From Gemmatimonadota bacterium (GTDB lineage: Bacteria; Gemmatimonadota; Gemmatimonadetes; Longimicrobiales; Gaopeijiaceae), in the NCBI GenBank assembly GCA_034521595.1, contig JAXHMG010000003.1, positions 1,792,001 to 1,856,000 of the forward strand: a DNA stretch of 64,000 bases, written 5' to 3'. The position numbers and the translations under genes are program-made. How positions within the stretch are numbered: position 1 is the stretch's first letter; every line of letters begins with the position of its first letter. The notes under the pieces are model-generated. The model saw nothing but the letters and a program-made list of their open reading frames with translations. It had not been told where the DNA came from and ran no database searches. Below, piece after piece: positions 9,086-19,761 of this stretch.

Positions 9086-11762
9086 TCACCGGTCCCCGCG
9101 CAATGCCTCCGTCACGGCACGCATCAACGATTCCGGCGTGAACGGCTTCGGCACGAAGGCGGCTCCGATCTCCCGGATGGAGCTGTGCACCTCGGCTTCC
9201 GTGTATCCCGAGGTGAGCACGGCCGCCAGGCCCGGATGGCGGAGCTGCAGCTCCTTCAGAAGCTGCACCCCGCCCATGTCGGGCATCACCACGTCGCTGA
9301 GGACGACGTCGATCGCGCCGTCGTGACGATCCGCGAGCGCGAGGGCCTCCCTGCCGTCCGAAGCCTCGAGCACCGTACAGCCCTCACGGGACAGGACCCG
9401 TCGGGCGACCCTTCTCACCGCCGGGTCGTCCTCGACCACCAGGACGACCACCGCCTCCGGCGACGGCGGCGCGCCGGTCGGCTCCGCGTCCTCTTCCGTC
9501 ACCGCGGCGGTGACTCGCGGAAGAAGCACTTCGAACAGTGTCCCCCGCCCCGGCGTGCTGTCCACGAACACGTGACCGCTGCTCTGCTTCACGATCCCGT
9601 AGACCGTCGCCAGCCCGAGGCCGGTCCCGTACCCCTCGGCCTTCGTCGTGAAGAAGGGGTCGAAGACGTGGCTCAGGACGTCCAGGGTCATGCCGGTGCC
9701 GTCGTCGCGCACCGTCACCCGCGCGTAGGGTCCGGAGGCCATCTCCCAGGAGACCGCCTCCGTCTCTTCGACCGACACGCTCCTCGCGTCGACCCCGAGG
9801 GTGATGCGCCCACTCCCTTCGATGGCATCGACCGCGTTCACCACGAGGTTCAGGACGATCTGCTGGAGTTGTGTGGGATCGGCACGCACCACGACGTCCT
9901 CGGTTTCGACACGTACCTCGAGGTCGATCCGCTCGGGCACGAGGCGCCGGAGCATGGTGTTCAACTCCCGCGCGGCGCTCCCGAGCTCGATGTTACGCTC
10001 CTGGAGCGCTTGCTTCCGGCTAAAGGCCAGAAGCTGCCGCGTGAGATCGGCCGCGCGTCGACCGGAATCGCGGATCTCGTTCACGTCCTCCTGAAGGGGC
10101 GATTCCTCGTCGATCTCCTCCAACAGGAAGCTGGCGTGTCCTTCGATGGCCGTCAGGAGGTTGTTGAAGTCGTGGGCCACGCCCGCCGCCAAGCGCCCGA
10201 TGGCTTCCATCTTCTCGGCCTGCCGGAGCCGCTCTTCGAGGGTGATGCGCTCGCTGATGTCCACTCCGGAGAAGATGCGTCCGCCCGGAGATCCGTCGGG
10301 ATTCACCGCGGGCGTGGCGCTCGTCTGAACCACGAGCACACCCCCGTCCTTCTTGCGAAGCCGGAGCTCTCCCTCCCACCGTTTTCCGGCGCGGCCCCTC
10401 TCGCTGGCTTCGACCGCACGCGCTCGGTCCTCCTCGACGACGAGCACGTCGACGAGCGGCCCGCCCTCGATTTCGGCCCAGCTAAAACCCGTCAGCTCCT
10501 CCGCGGCACGATTCCAGTACGTCAACCGGCCGTCCTCGTCGACGGCCAGAACGGGCTGCCCCACCCGTTCGAGCAGGGCCGCCTGAAAGCGCACCTGCCT
10601 GGCCCGCTCCACACGCTCAGTGAGGTCGCGGACGACGCTCACCACGCCCCCCGTCCAGCCCTCTGCGCGGGTCGAGGAGCGACACCGTGACTTCCACCGG
10701 AAACGCGCGCCCGTCCTTCGTCCGCATGCGGAACTCGGTCCGGTGGCCTCCCTTCTCACGAAGCGCGGGGACACTCTCGTCGTGAAAGCGCTGGAAGGAT
10801 GCCTCGTCGACGTGGAGCAACCGGGTCGAGCGGCCCACCATTTCCTCGGCCCGGTAGCCGAACATCGACTCGGCCGCCGCGTTGCAGTGCACGATCGTGC
10901 GGCCCTCGGGCTCCACCGTGAAGACCGCGTCCTCGAGCGCGCCGAGCGTGCGCTCCAGGCGGCGCGCCGTCGCGGCCGCCTCCTGCCGGGTCTCGTGGAG
11001 CTCGGTAACGTCGCGCGAGCTCACGACGAAGCCACGGATGTGCGGATCGTCGAAGCAGTTCTGGGCAATCGTGTCGAGGTGCCGCCAGCTCCCGTCCTTG
11101 TGGCGGACCCGGTACTTGAAGTGCGAGGCGTAGGTGGGGTCCTCGAGAAGCCGGGCGACTTCGTCGAACACCAGGCCTCGATCGTCCGGGTGAACCTCGA
11201 GGGCGCCGTCGGCCCCTTGCTTCTCTTCCGGACGGTAGCCGAGCACGCGCCGGAGCGACGGGCTCACGTACCGGATCGTGAGATCGTGCTCCAGGATGGA
11301 CACGAGGTCGCGCGAGTTCTCCACGAGCGCACGGTACTGGGCTTCGGCGTACTGTCTGCGTCCCCGCTCGATGGCGTAGCGGATCGACCGCAGGAGGAGC
11401 TTACCCGAGAGCTCGTCCTTCGGGAGGAAGTCGGCCGCCCCACGCCGCACCGCCTCACGCCCCTGACCGTCTCCGACTCCTCCGGTCAGCACGATCACCG
11501 GCACGTGCGGCCCTTCGGCGAGCACACGGTCGAGCGTTTCGAGCCCGTTGGAGTCGGGGAGGTCGAGATCGAGCAGGACGGCACGGAAGCGTCCGCCGTC
11601 CAGCATCGCCCGTGCCTCGGACAGGGACCCCGCCGTCTCGATGCGCGGGCTCTCCTCTTCGACGTCGGACAAGTACTCCCGGACGAGATCCACGTCCGCC
11701 GGGTTGTCCTCGATCAGGAGGAGCGGACGCTCGGCCGGCCCCTGTTCCATCGACACGCTCAT
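9086..11762 (-). CDS. Hybrid sensor kinase REC-PAS-PAS-PAS-HisKA-HATPase-REC, frameshift near 10667
   Basis: REC (LIEDN, LLDLDLPD) and PAS domains in one frame; GWTGGVVSVVRDLTE, AHDFNN, GTGLGL and C-terminal REC in the adjacent frame. Confidence 0.85.
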
Positions 11763-11776
11763 CGTCGCGGCTCCCC

Positions 11777-12211
11777 TCACCCCTTCGGGAGGCGGACGAC
11801 GGTAAACCAGAAATCCTCCAACGTCTGAATCGTGCGGAAGAACTGCTCGAAATCCACGGGCTTGACGATGTACGCGTTGGCCCGGTGCTCGTAGGCATCC
11901 AGGACGTCCTGCTCCGCCTCGGAGGTCGTGAGGACGACGACCGGGATGCTGCTCAGGGCCGAATCGCCCTTGACCTCGTAGAGCACTTCTCGCCCGTCCT
12001 TCCGCGGCATGTTCAGGTCGAGCAGGATGAGATCGGGACGCGGCGCCTCGGCGTAGGGCTCTTCGCGACGGAGGAACGCCATGGCCACCACTCCGTCCTC
12101 CGCCACGTGCACGTTGTTCCGGAGCTTGGCCTCCTCGAGCGCTTCCAAGGTCAGGTCCACGTCTCCCGGATTGTCCTCGACCAGGAGAATCTCCGCAGGC
12201 TGAATGTTCAT
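11777..12211 (-). CDS. Single-domain response regulator (Rcp1-like)
   Basis: [29 protein letters not shown] motif. Confidence 0.92.
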   Translation of the reverse strand: MNIQPAEILLVEDNPGDVDLTLEALEEAKLRNNVHVAEDGVVAMAFLRREEPYAEAPRPDLILLDLNMPRKDGREVLYEVKGDSALSSIPVVVLTTSEAEQDVLDAYEHRANAYIVKPVDFEQFFRTIQTLEDFWFTVVRLPKG

Positions 12212-13278
12212 GCGTCCTCGCTCGAGGGGAGCGTGAAGGAAAACGTGGACCCCGCGCCGGGCCGTGAGTCGATCCACAGGCGCCCTCCGTGACGCTCCAC
12301 GATGCGCTTGCAGAGCGCAAGCCCGATGCCCGTGCCTTCCTTGTCCCGTCCGTGCAGCCGTTGAAAGATGACGAAGACACGGTCGAAGTACTCGGGGTCG
12401 ATGCCGATCCCTTCGTCACGCACGGAGATCGTCGTCCACCCGTCCCCACGGCGCCCCGACACATGGACCACCGGCGGTCCGTCTCCCGCGAACTTGAGCG
12501 CGTTCTCGAGGAGGTTCCGGAAGAGCTGCCGGAGCTGACCCGGATCGGCCCGGAGGCCCGGTAGCGGATCGTAGGTGACGCTGGCCCCGCTCTCCCGAAT
12601 CTTCATGGCGAAGTCACGCAGCACTTCCTCGAGGGTGCGGGTCGGATCAATGGCGACCACGTCCCGCCCCTGGGTATTGATCCGGGAGTAGGCCAGGAGA
12701 TCCTGGATGAGCATCTTCATCCGGTCAGCCCCGTCGGCCGCGTAGGCGATGTACCTGTCGGCCCGCTCATCGAGCCGACCTTCGTACCGACGCGCCAGGA
12801 GCCGGGTATAGCTCGCCACCATCCGGAGCGGCTCCTGAAGGTCGTGTGACGCGACGGAAGCGAAGCGTTCGAGATCCTCGTTGGATCGCTCGAGCTCCTC
12901 CCGGGCCAGGGTCCGCTCGGTGAGGTCCTGCATCGCCAACAGAATCAGCGACGTCCCCTCCGCCTCCAAGCGGTGCGCGTTGAGCACCATGACCCGTCGA
13001 CCGAGATCCGGGAAATGGTGGTCGACCTCGAAGTCGTCGATCGTGACGTCGTCGGAGAGAATGTCCTCGAGGAGCTCCCTGAGGGCGGGAATGTCCCACT
13101 GACCGTTGCCGAGCTCGAAGAGCATCGAGCCCAGCGTCTCCTCCGCACGCGCTTGAAACGTCCGGTAGTACGCCGGATTCGCGGAGCGCACGCGAAGGTC
13201 CGCGTCGAGGATCAGCAAGGGCTCGCGCACGGTGCGCACGACGGCCTCCGCCAATCCCGGAGCCTCGATATCGACCAT
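12208..13278 (-). CDS. PAS-domain histidine kinase (Cph1-type HisKA)
   Basis: CheR-associated-type PAS (LGNGQWDIP), [24 protein letters not shown] overlap with the response regulator. Confidence 0.9.
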   Translation of the reverse strand: MVDIEAPGLAEAVVRTVREPLLILDADLRVRSANPAYYRTFQARAEETLGSMLFELGNGQWDIPALRELLEDILSDDVTIDDFEVDHHFPDLGRRVMVLNAHRLEAEGTSLILLAMQDLTERTLAREELERSNEDLERFASVASHDLQEPLRMVASYTRLLARRYEGRLDERADRYIAYAADGADRMKMLIQDLLAYSRINTQGRDVVAIDPTRTLEEVLRDFAMKIRESGASVTYDPLPGLRADPGQLRQLFRNLLENALKFAGDGPPVVHVSGRRGDGWTTISVRDEGIGIDPEYFDRVFVIFQRLHGRDKEGTGIGLALCKRIVERHGGRLWIDSRPGAGSTFSFTLPSSEDA

Positions 13279-13610
13279 TCCGTTGTGCTCGCTCGGCCGG
13301 GAGGGAGGAGGCCAGGGTGGGACGCACCCGTCACGGACAACGTACATGGTGCTCGGGACGGGTGCCAGAACCGGGGCGGCCACCGGCAAAGGCGAGCCGA
13401 CGCCCCCGGCCTGGAGATGCGTTCGGCACCTCGCCGGACTCCGGCTCCGGTGCGGGTCTTGCATGTCGGTAGCGCCATCCAGGGCACGCCGCGTCCGTTG
13501 CGGTCGGCCTTGCCCTGCGGCAGACTCAGGCTCGGAGCGTAGACGGCGGGAGAGCATCCGATGGATCCATTCGAGTTGGACGAGGGGGACGGCGGCAACG
13601 GAGGCGCGGC

Positions 13611-15824
13611 GTGACGCCGGACGGGGACCGAGGCCGGACCGACGCGGCGCTCCGGTCCGGGGACTTCCTGAAGCCCCACGCCGCGCTGGTCGTCCTGGGG
13701 GCGATCCCCGTGCTCGCATTGGCCGCGGTTGCCTACGTGGTCTCGGCGCGCGCCATGGAAGCCATGGTCTACCAGGGCAACGACGCCGCCGCGCTGATCA
13801 CGGCATCCCTCGTCGAGCGCGAATTCGACCAATGGGAAGCGACGGTGACGAGCCACGCGGACGTCCCGACCCTACGGAGCGCCGTGGACGAGGGGAACGT
13901 GGACGCCGTGCGGCGTCACCTCGAGATCCTCGTCTCCGCCCACGCCCGCTTGGACCGTGCCTTCGTCACGGATACGACAGGCTTGCTGTGGTCCGACTTC
14001 CCCGCAGCTCCCGAATCGCTGGGCCGCCGCTTCGACGACCGAGCCTGGTTCCGCGGCGTGCGCGAAGGTCCGGGCCCGCACGTCTCGGAGGTCTACCGCC
14101 GGAACGCGGAGCCGGCCATCCAGGTCGTGGCGGTCGCCGTGCCGGTGCGGTCACCGGCCTCGGACGTCCCGCTCGGCTTCCTGGTGGCCCAGGTCCGGCT
14201 CGACGGCCTCTCCGAGCTCCTCGGCCGGGTGGAAGTCGGAGACGAAGGAAGCGTGCTTCTTCTCGATCACACGGGCGCGTTGGCGGCGCATCCGTCCCTC
14301 GACCTCGAGCGCCGCCGGTACGAGGAATACGCCGAGGTCGCCGTCTCTTCCCCGACTCCGTCGGCCACGGAACGGGGCGGCCGGTACACCGATCCCGTCA
14401 CCGGGCAGGAGGTGCTCGCCTCATCCGTCCAGAGCCGGGTCGGCCCCCACGATTGGACGGTGATAGCACAGCAGTCGGTGGCCTCCGCGTTCGCGCCCAT
14501 CCGGACCCTGTCCCTCCAGCTCGGCGCAGCCGGACTCCTCATGTGCGTCCTGATGGGCGTGCTCCTGCGAGGGGTCGCACGCGAGACCGCCCGCAGACGC
14601 AGGGCCGAGGAGGATCTCGTCGCCGTCAACGAGGAGCTGGAGCGGAGGGTGGAGGAAGGGACGTCCGCGCTGGAAGCGAAGGAAAGCGAGCTCATGCAGG
14701 CCCAGAAGATGGAAGCCGTGGGACAGCTCGCGGGCGGGGTCGCCCACGACTTCAACAACCTCCTCACGGTCATCATGGGATCCACCGACCTCGTCTTGCT
14801 CGAGCTGGGCGAGGACGCCCCGGAGCGCGGCGAGATCGAGGATATCCGCCATGCCGCGGCGAGGGGGGCCGAGCTGACCCGCCAGCTTCTCGCGTTCAGC
14901 CGCAAGCAGGTGCTCCAACCGGAAATCCTCGACGTGAACGAGGCCGTGGAGCGCATGCGGAGCTTGTTGGACCGGGTGCTGGGCGCACAGATCGATCTCG
15001 TGTGGCGCCTGAGCCCCGAGCTACATCCGGTGAAGTTCGACCCCGTCCAGATCGAGCAGATCGTCATGAACCTCGCCGTGAACGCGCGGGACGCGATGCC
15101 CCGGGGCGGCAAGCTCACCATCGAAACGGCGAACGTCGACTTGGACGACGCGTACGTCGAGGACCATGTCGATGCGCAGCCGGGGCCGCACGTGGTGCTG
15201 GCCGTCACCGACACGGGACACGGGATAGACGCCGAGACGCGGCGCAGGATCTTCGAGCCCTTCTTCACGACCAAGCGTTCGGGACGGGGCACGGGGCTCG
15301 GGCTCTCGACCGTGTACGGGATCGTCCGTCAGGGTGGCGGCAACATCTGGGTCTACAGCGAGCCCGGAAGGGGCACCACGTTCAAGGTGTATCTGCCGCG
15401 CACCACGGACGTGCCTCATCCGAAGCAGGGGCCCGCGCCGCCCACCACCGACGTCGAGACCGGCACGATTCTCGTCGTGGAAGACGACGACGCCGTCCGG
15501 GCACTCCTGGTCCGTATCCTACGCGGGGCGGGCTACGAGGTGCTGGAGGCCTCCGATGCCGAGACGGCCGTCGCGGCGCTCCGGGCCTGTGACGGCGACG
15601 TCGATCTCCTCCTGACCGACGTCGTCCTCCCGGACACGAGCGGCCCCGACGTGGCGGCGCGGCTGGAGCGGGAGCAAGGAGACCTCGAGGTCCTCTACAT
15701 GTCCGGGTACACGGACAACGCCATCGTGCATCACGGGGTGCTGGACGAAGGCACCGCGTTCATCGAAAAGCCCTTCCGCCCGCGCACGCTCCTCGAGAAG
15801 GTCCGGGAAGCGCTGGGAGCTTGA
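13611..15824 (+). CDS. Membrane-bound hybrid histidine kinase (Cache sensor, HisKA, HATPase, REC)
   Basis: Two TMs flanking Cache-like domain (FDDRAWF, VSEVY), AHDFNN, FFTTK, C-terminal REC. Confidence 0.9.
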   Translation: MTPDGDRGRTDAALRSGDFLKPHAALVVLGAIPVLALAAVAYVVSARAMEAMVYQGNDAAALITASLVEREFDQWEATVTSHADVPTLRSAVDEGNVDAVRRHLEILVSAHARLDRAFVTDTTGLLWSDFPAAPESLGRRFDDRAWFRGVREGPGPHVSEVYRRNAEPAIQVVAVAVPVRSPASDVPLGFLVAQVRLDGLSELLGRVEVGDEGSVLLLDHTGALAAHPSLDLERRRYEEYAEVAVSSPTPSATERGGRYTDPVTGQEVLASSVQSRVGPHDWTVIAQQSVASAFAPIRTLSLQLGAAGLLMCVLMGVLLRGVARETARRRRAEEDLVAVNEELERRVEEGTSALEAKESELMQAQKMEAVGQLAGGVAHDFNNLLTVIMGSTDLVLLELGEDAPERGEIEDIRHAAARGAELTRQLLAFSRKQVLQPEILDVNEAVERMRSLLDRVLGAQIDLVWRLSPELHPVKFDPVQIEQIVMNLAVNARDAMPRGGKLTIETANVDLDDAYVEDHVDAQPGPHVVLAVTDTGHGIDAETRRRIFEPFFTTKRSGRGTGLGLSTVYGIVRQGGGNIWVYSEPGRGTTFKVYLPRTTDVPHPKQGPAPPTTDVETGTILVVEDDDAVRALLVRILRGAGYEVLEASDAETAVAALRACDGDVDLLLTDVVLPDTSGPDVAARLEREQGDLEVLYMSGYTDNAIVHHGVLDEGTAFIEKPFRPRTLLEKVREALGA

Positions 15825-15833
15825 GCTCCCGTG

Positions 15834-17177
15834 TCATCCGGCGCCCACGGGCGAAGAGGGCGCGTCCCCTTCACGGGCGAACTCCTCCCGGAACCGGCGC
15901 GTGTGCGCGGCGGGATCGTGGACCCGAAGCACCTCGACGCCCCTGCGCGCCAGATCCAGGCTCACCTCCACGGTGGCCTCGTCCCGCTCGGGCGCGGGGC
16001 GGTCCGTCACGCTCCGGAAGAAGGACTTCCGGCTGTGGCCGACCAGGAGCGGCGCGCCCAGCGAGTGGAGACGCTCCACTTCGCTCAGGATCGTCCAGTT
16101 CTGCGCGGTGGTCTTGCCGAAACCGATCCCCGGGTCGAAGTAGACGCGCCTGGACGGAATGCCCTTGCGTCGGAGGGCCTCCAACCGCTCCCGGCCCCAC
16201 TCCGCGAGCTGCTCCACCGGGTCCCGGTCCTCGGGCAGGAACTCCCACTTGACCACGGGGACCGAGAGCGAGTGCATGCACACGAGGTCCACCTCGGCGC
16301 CGGACACGACGTCCACCAGGGCCGGATCGGCGAAGCCCGTGACGTCGTTGACGATGTCGACACCACGCTCGAGGGCCCACGAGACCGTCTCGGGATTTCT
16401 CGAATCGAGGCTGAGCCGGTAGCGGTCCCGCCGCAGGTCCTGCAGCGCGTCGAGCACCGGTCGGAGCCTCGCCCGCTCCTCGGCGACCGGCACGCGAACC
16501 CCATCCGGACGGGTCGATTCCGCGCCCACGTCGAGGATCTCGGCCCCGCCGTCGAGGAGGCGCTCCGCCTGCGCCAGCGCAGTCCCTGCATCCGTGAAGC
16601 GCCCCCCGTCGCTGAAGCTGTCCGGCGTCACGTTGAGGATCCCCATGAGCCTCGGCCACCGAACCCGAAAATCGGACTCGGGCGAAGGTCCGGCGGGCCG
16701 TGGATCCGTGCCGGCGACACGGGCCGCGTGCTCTCGGAACGATGCGCCCTCGTGGACGGCGTCCGGCACGAGGTCGCGGAGCGGCTCGAGCACGAAGCTC
16801 CGCTCGAGAAGTCCCGGGTGGGGGACCTGGAGCTCCGGTCGGTCGACGGTGACGCCCGACCACCAGAGGATATCGATGTCGATGACGCGGGGCGCCCAGC
16901 GATCCGCGGCCTCGCGCCCGACGGTCCGCTCGATCTGCTTCACCCGCCGCAGCAGGGCCTCGGGATCCAGGGTCGTCTCGCCGACGAGGGCGCAGTTCAA
17001 AAACGGCCGCCGCCAGGCCTCGGGGGCTCCGTCGGGGACCAGGGCATCGGACGTGTAGACGCGGCTCAGCCGGGCGCCGGTCAGGGGCGCGTCCGGGCCT
17101 CGAGCCAGAAGGTTCACGGCCCGCTTCAGGTGCGTCTCGCGATCGCCCAGATTGCTTCCCAGCCCCAGAACGAGCAC
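15834..17177 (-). CDS. folKP: Bifunctional HPPK-dihydropteroate synthase (FolK-FolP fusion)
   Basis: LGLGSNLGD, WAPRVIDIDIL, PHP; then GILNVTPDSFSDGG, DPGIGFGK, GHSRKS, RVHD. Confidence 0.93.
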   Translation of the reverse strand: MLVLGLGSNLGDRETHLKRAVNLLARGPDAPLTGARLSRVYTSDALVPDGAPEAWRRPFLNCALVGETTLDPEALLRRVKQIERTVGREAADRWAPRVIDIDILWWSGVTVDRPELQVPHPGLLERSFVLEPLRDLVPDAVHEGASFREHAARVAGTDPRPAGPSPESDFRVRWPRLMGILNVTPDSFSDGGRFTDAGTALAQAERLLDGGAEILDVGAESTRPDGVRVPVAEERARLRPVLDALQDLRRDRYRLSLDSRNPETVSWALERGVDIVNDVTGFADPALVDVVSGAEVDLVCMHSLSVPVVKWEFLPEDRDPVEQLAEWGRERLEALRRKGIPSRRVYFDPGIGFGKTTAQNWTILSEVERLHSLGAPLLVGHSRKSFFRSVTDRPAPERDEATVEVSLDLARRGVEVLRVHDPAAHTRRFREEFAREGDAPSSPVGAG

Positions 17178-17181
17178 GACT

Positions 17182-17556
17182 TCAGCCCACCAGCGTGAAG
17201 ACCGCCCCTCCGGTGATCTCCGGAACAGGCGGCGTCACTTTCCGGACCGCGATCTCCAACGTGTGCTCGGGCGGCACCAGGGCCCGGAGGTTCTCGAACA
17301 CCCGCCCGGCCAGATGCTCGACCAGATCGAACCTCCGGTCGGCCACGACCTCCTTGATCCGGTCGACGACCGTCCCGTAGTCCACCGTGTCGGCGAGGTC
17401 GTCCGTCTCGACCCCCGCGGGGGGCGACGCGAAGCGGATCGTGACCTCGAACTCGACCCGCTGGGGCTCATCCTGCTCCCCCGGCAGGCAACCGAGTCGA
17501 ACGGGCACGGCGATGCCCCGAATGACGAGGTGAGCCGAGCGGACGGTGGATGACAT
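17182..17556 (-). CDS. folB: Dihydroneopterin aldolase
   Basis: LGCLPGEQ..PQ, DDLADTVDY, FDLVEHLA; adjacent to folKP. Confidence 0.88.
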   Translation of the reverse strand: MSSTVRSAHLVIRGIAVPVRLGCLPGEQDEPQRVEFEVTIRFASPPAGVETDDLADTVDYGTVVDRIKEVVADRRFDLVEHLAGRVFENLRALVPPEHTLEIAVRKVTPPVPEITGGAVFTLVG

Positions 17557-18682
17557 GGTGGCGTGCTCGAGAGGGGTTCAGTGCAGAGCACGAAGGGAAA
17601 CAGGATGTGGGCCGAGGGGGAAGAGGCCTCGGGGGACGAGCCGCGGTCGGCCGACGACCCTTCGCGTGAGCGCGACGGGCCGGCGCTGCCCATGCGAGCA
17701 TTCACGCTGCACGGGCCACACGTCCATAGGAGTACCGTTCGCAGTCCGCTGGCGGAGCTCCGGCCAGAGCCGGGTGATCCCGTGCGAGCCCCCTCGTCCG
17801 GCATCGGCTCAGCGGACTGCAGCCGTCAGCGAATATCCTCCGCTCACCCGTTCCCGTTGCGAGCGCTTCACTGCTCACGCTCCTTTCGGATCCGAACCGA
17901 CCATCGGCGATGTCGACCGCGCTCACCCTCCTGCCTCCGTCGACGCTGATGCTCGGACTGCGGGTCCGAGGTCCGGCTCGTGGAGCCGCTGCTCCTCCGA
18001 GCGCCTCAGCCCGGTTCGGCGGCTGCGCGGACGTGACTCTTCTTCGCGCGTCCAGGTACCGGAGATCGACGAAGTTCATGGTCAGCGTGTCGTTCGCCGA
18101 CGGCGACGGGCTGCGTCGCCCGCCACTCGCTCAACGACTCGTCGGAGCCGCTGAGACGTCGAGGCGATAATCCCCTTCGAACCTTTCCGACCGACGAGGC
18201 GGACGTCGTCATCGAGCAGGGCTCACGCGTCTCGGACGCACACGTGCGACGACGCGATCGAGACCGGCGGGCCTCGTGGTCGACTGCCGCGACCTGGACC
18301 GCGGAATCGCGGAACGGCGACGGTGCGGATCACGCCGCCCGCGAGGACACGAACGGAGGCCACGGCGACCTCCTGCTCGAGGACGCGGTGTCCACGTCGG
18401 AGGGCGGGGATACCGTCTCGCTCAGACCGACTCGGAGTCGGGTGGACCGTCTCCGTAGGGCTGGATATCCGGGCTGAGCGTGCGCCGGTCGTTCACAGCC
18501 CCTCCGGGGGAGAGGCAGCCGCGCAGAGCTTCCCCGAGCGCCGAGGCCGAGCCCAACCTTTTCTCCGGAACGTCCCGGGGCATCCGGGCGGCATCGGGGT
18601 ATCACGCTCACCCCTGGGCGATCCCCGGGATCGGGAGCGAGCGCTCTCACTGTGCACCCGCCGTCGTGAGGAGAGCGGTACC

Positions 18683-18850
18683 ATGCCCATCTACGACTAC
18701 GTCTGCGAGCGCTGTGGCCACGAGTTCCAGGTCCAGGAGCGGATCTCGGTGGCACGCGGCGGGAGCAAACCGGTATGCCCCGAGTGCGAGAGCCCAAAGG
18801 TCGGGCGCGTGTTCACGCCGGCGTTCGTGAAGACCGGCCGGAAGAGCTGA
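18683..18850 (+). CDS. FmdB-family zinc-ribbon protein
   Basis: MPIYDYVCERCGHEF...CPECES; GAGGAG RBS. Confidence 0.85.
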   Translation: MPIYDYVCERCGHEFQVQERISVARGGSKPVCPECESPKVGRVFTPAFVKTGRKS

Positions 18851-19178
18851 GCCCTCACGCCACAGGCGCAAGGACTTCTCCACAGGAGGAGCGGCTGGGG
18901 GCATACCTCTGGGATGGGTACTTCCAGGTCGACGTCTCCCTCTCCCGAGACGTGGATCCGCTTCGCCGGCGGCACGGGACCAACCCGCGGCGGGCCGCCG
19001 GGGCCTGTTTCCTTCGGTGGCCCCGCCCAGGCTGCGGTCCGACTCCCCCGTCACCCGTGGGGTACAGCTTGCGCCCGCTGGTGGAACCTCCCGGCCCCTC
19101 GTATTGTTCTAGCAGGGGCTGAAGGGAGCGAACGCGGGGGAAAAACCCTGAGCTATGGCACGGACCCGGGAGGGGGAC

Positions 19179-19350
19179 ATGGCCCGAGAATACGAGGTTA
19201 TCGTTGAGCGCGACCCCGAGGGGTGGGGACGTGGCCACCGTTCCGGCACTTCGCGGATGCGCGACCAGGCCCGGACCCTCGAAGAGCTCCGGGAGCGCGT
19301 TCGGGAGCCCATCCGAGCTATGGCCCTGGACCCGGAGACGGTGCGGACGA
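19179..19350 (+). pseudogene. hicB: HicB-family antitoxin relic
   Basis: MAREYEVIVERDPEGW / VATVPALRGC / QARTLEELRERVRE spread over shifting frames. Confidence 0.75.
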
Positions 19351-19413
19351 CGGCCCGAGAGATACGTGGACTATCGTTGGGCGCGACCCCGCGGGGCGGT
19401 ACGTGGCCACCGT
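19181..19413 (+). repeat. Imperfect ~60-bp direct repeat (19181-19241 and 19352-19413) of the hicB 5' end
   Basis: ggcccgaga..tatcgttg.gcgcgacccc..acgtggccaccgt present twice. Confidence 0.8.
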
Positions 19414-19419
19414 CTTCCC

Positions 19420-19617
19420 CGGTCACCCCGCGGATGCGATTCGGCCCGCGCTCTTGAGCGGGCCGGCTTCCAGGCTGGTACGGGTGCCGGGGAGCCACCA
19501 CCGGTCTGCGCACCCGGACGGACGCCGACCACCGTTCCAGTCCATGCTGGCCCGGGCAGTAGGCCCGGGCTCCGTCGGGAAGATCCGAAGGACGCCGAGC
19601 TCACCCGGAGACGCTGA
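19420..19617 (+). pseudogene. hicA: HicA-family toxin relic
   Basis: ARALERAGF / LVRVPGSHHRSAHPDGR / TTVPVHAG / KDAELT across several frames. Confidence 0.75.
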
Positions 19618-19687
19618 CCACGTCTCCGATCCGGAAACGGGTCCCAACGCACGGAGGGGCCCCACCCGGTCCGCGCCTCCACTTGAT

Positions 19688-19761
19688 GCGGCGCTGCTGG
19701 CTTCCAGGCAGCGTACGGGCTGCTCAGGGGAGGCGCTCTAACCGAGCTGAGCCAAGCGCCC
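19688..19761 (-). pseudogene. Degenerate tRNA-like sequence (5' half resembles tRNA-Val)
   Basis: GGGCGCT TG GCTC AGCTCGGTTA GAGC G CCTCC ... GCTGC CTGGAAG CCAGC AGCGCCG: canonical spacing, intact D arm, 6/7 acceptor pairs, broken anticodon stem and T loop. Confidence 0.65.

Noticed and set aside
17170-17190. Possible trifunctional FolB-FolK-FolP fusion broken by an indel
   Set aside because: FolB has a normal length and stop, and folKP has a usable GTG 4 nt later; separate coupled genes are sufficient
17600-18680. Short ORFs between folB and the FmdB-type gene
   Set aside because: No recognisable motifs or consistent codon bias; probably decayed sequence
19156-19172. Sigma-54 promoter (TGGCAC) before hicB
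   Set aside because: No GC at the -12 position
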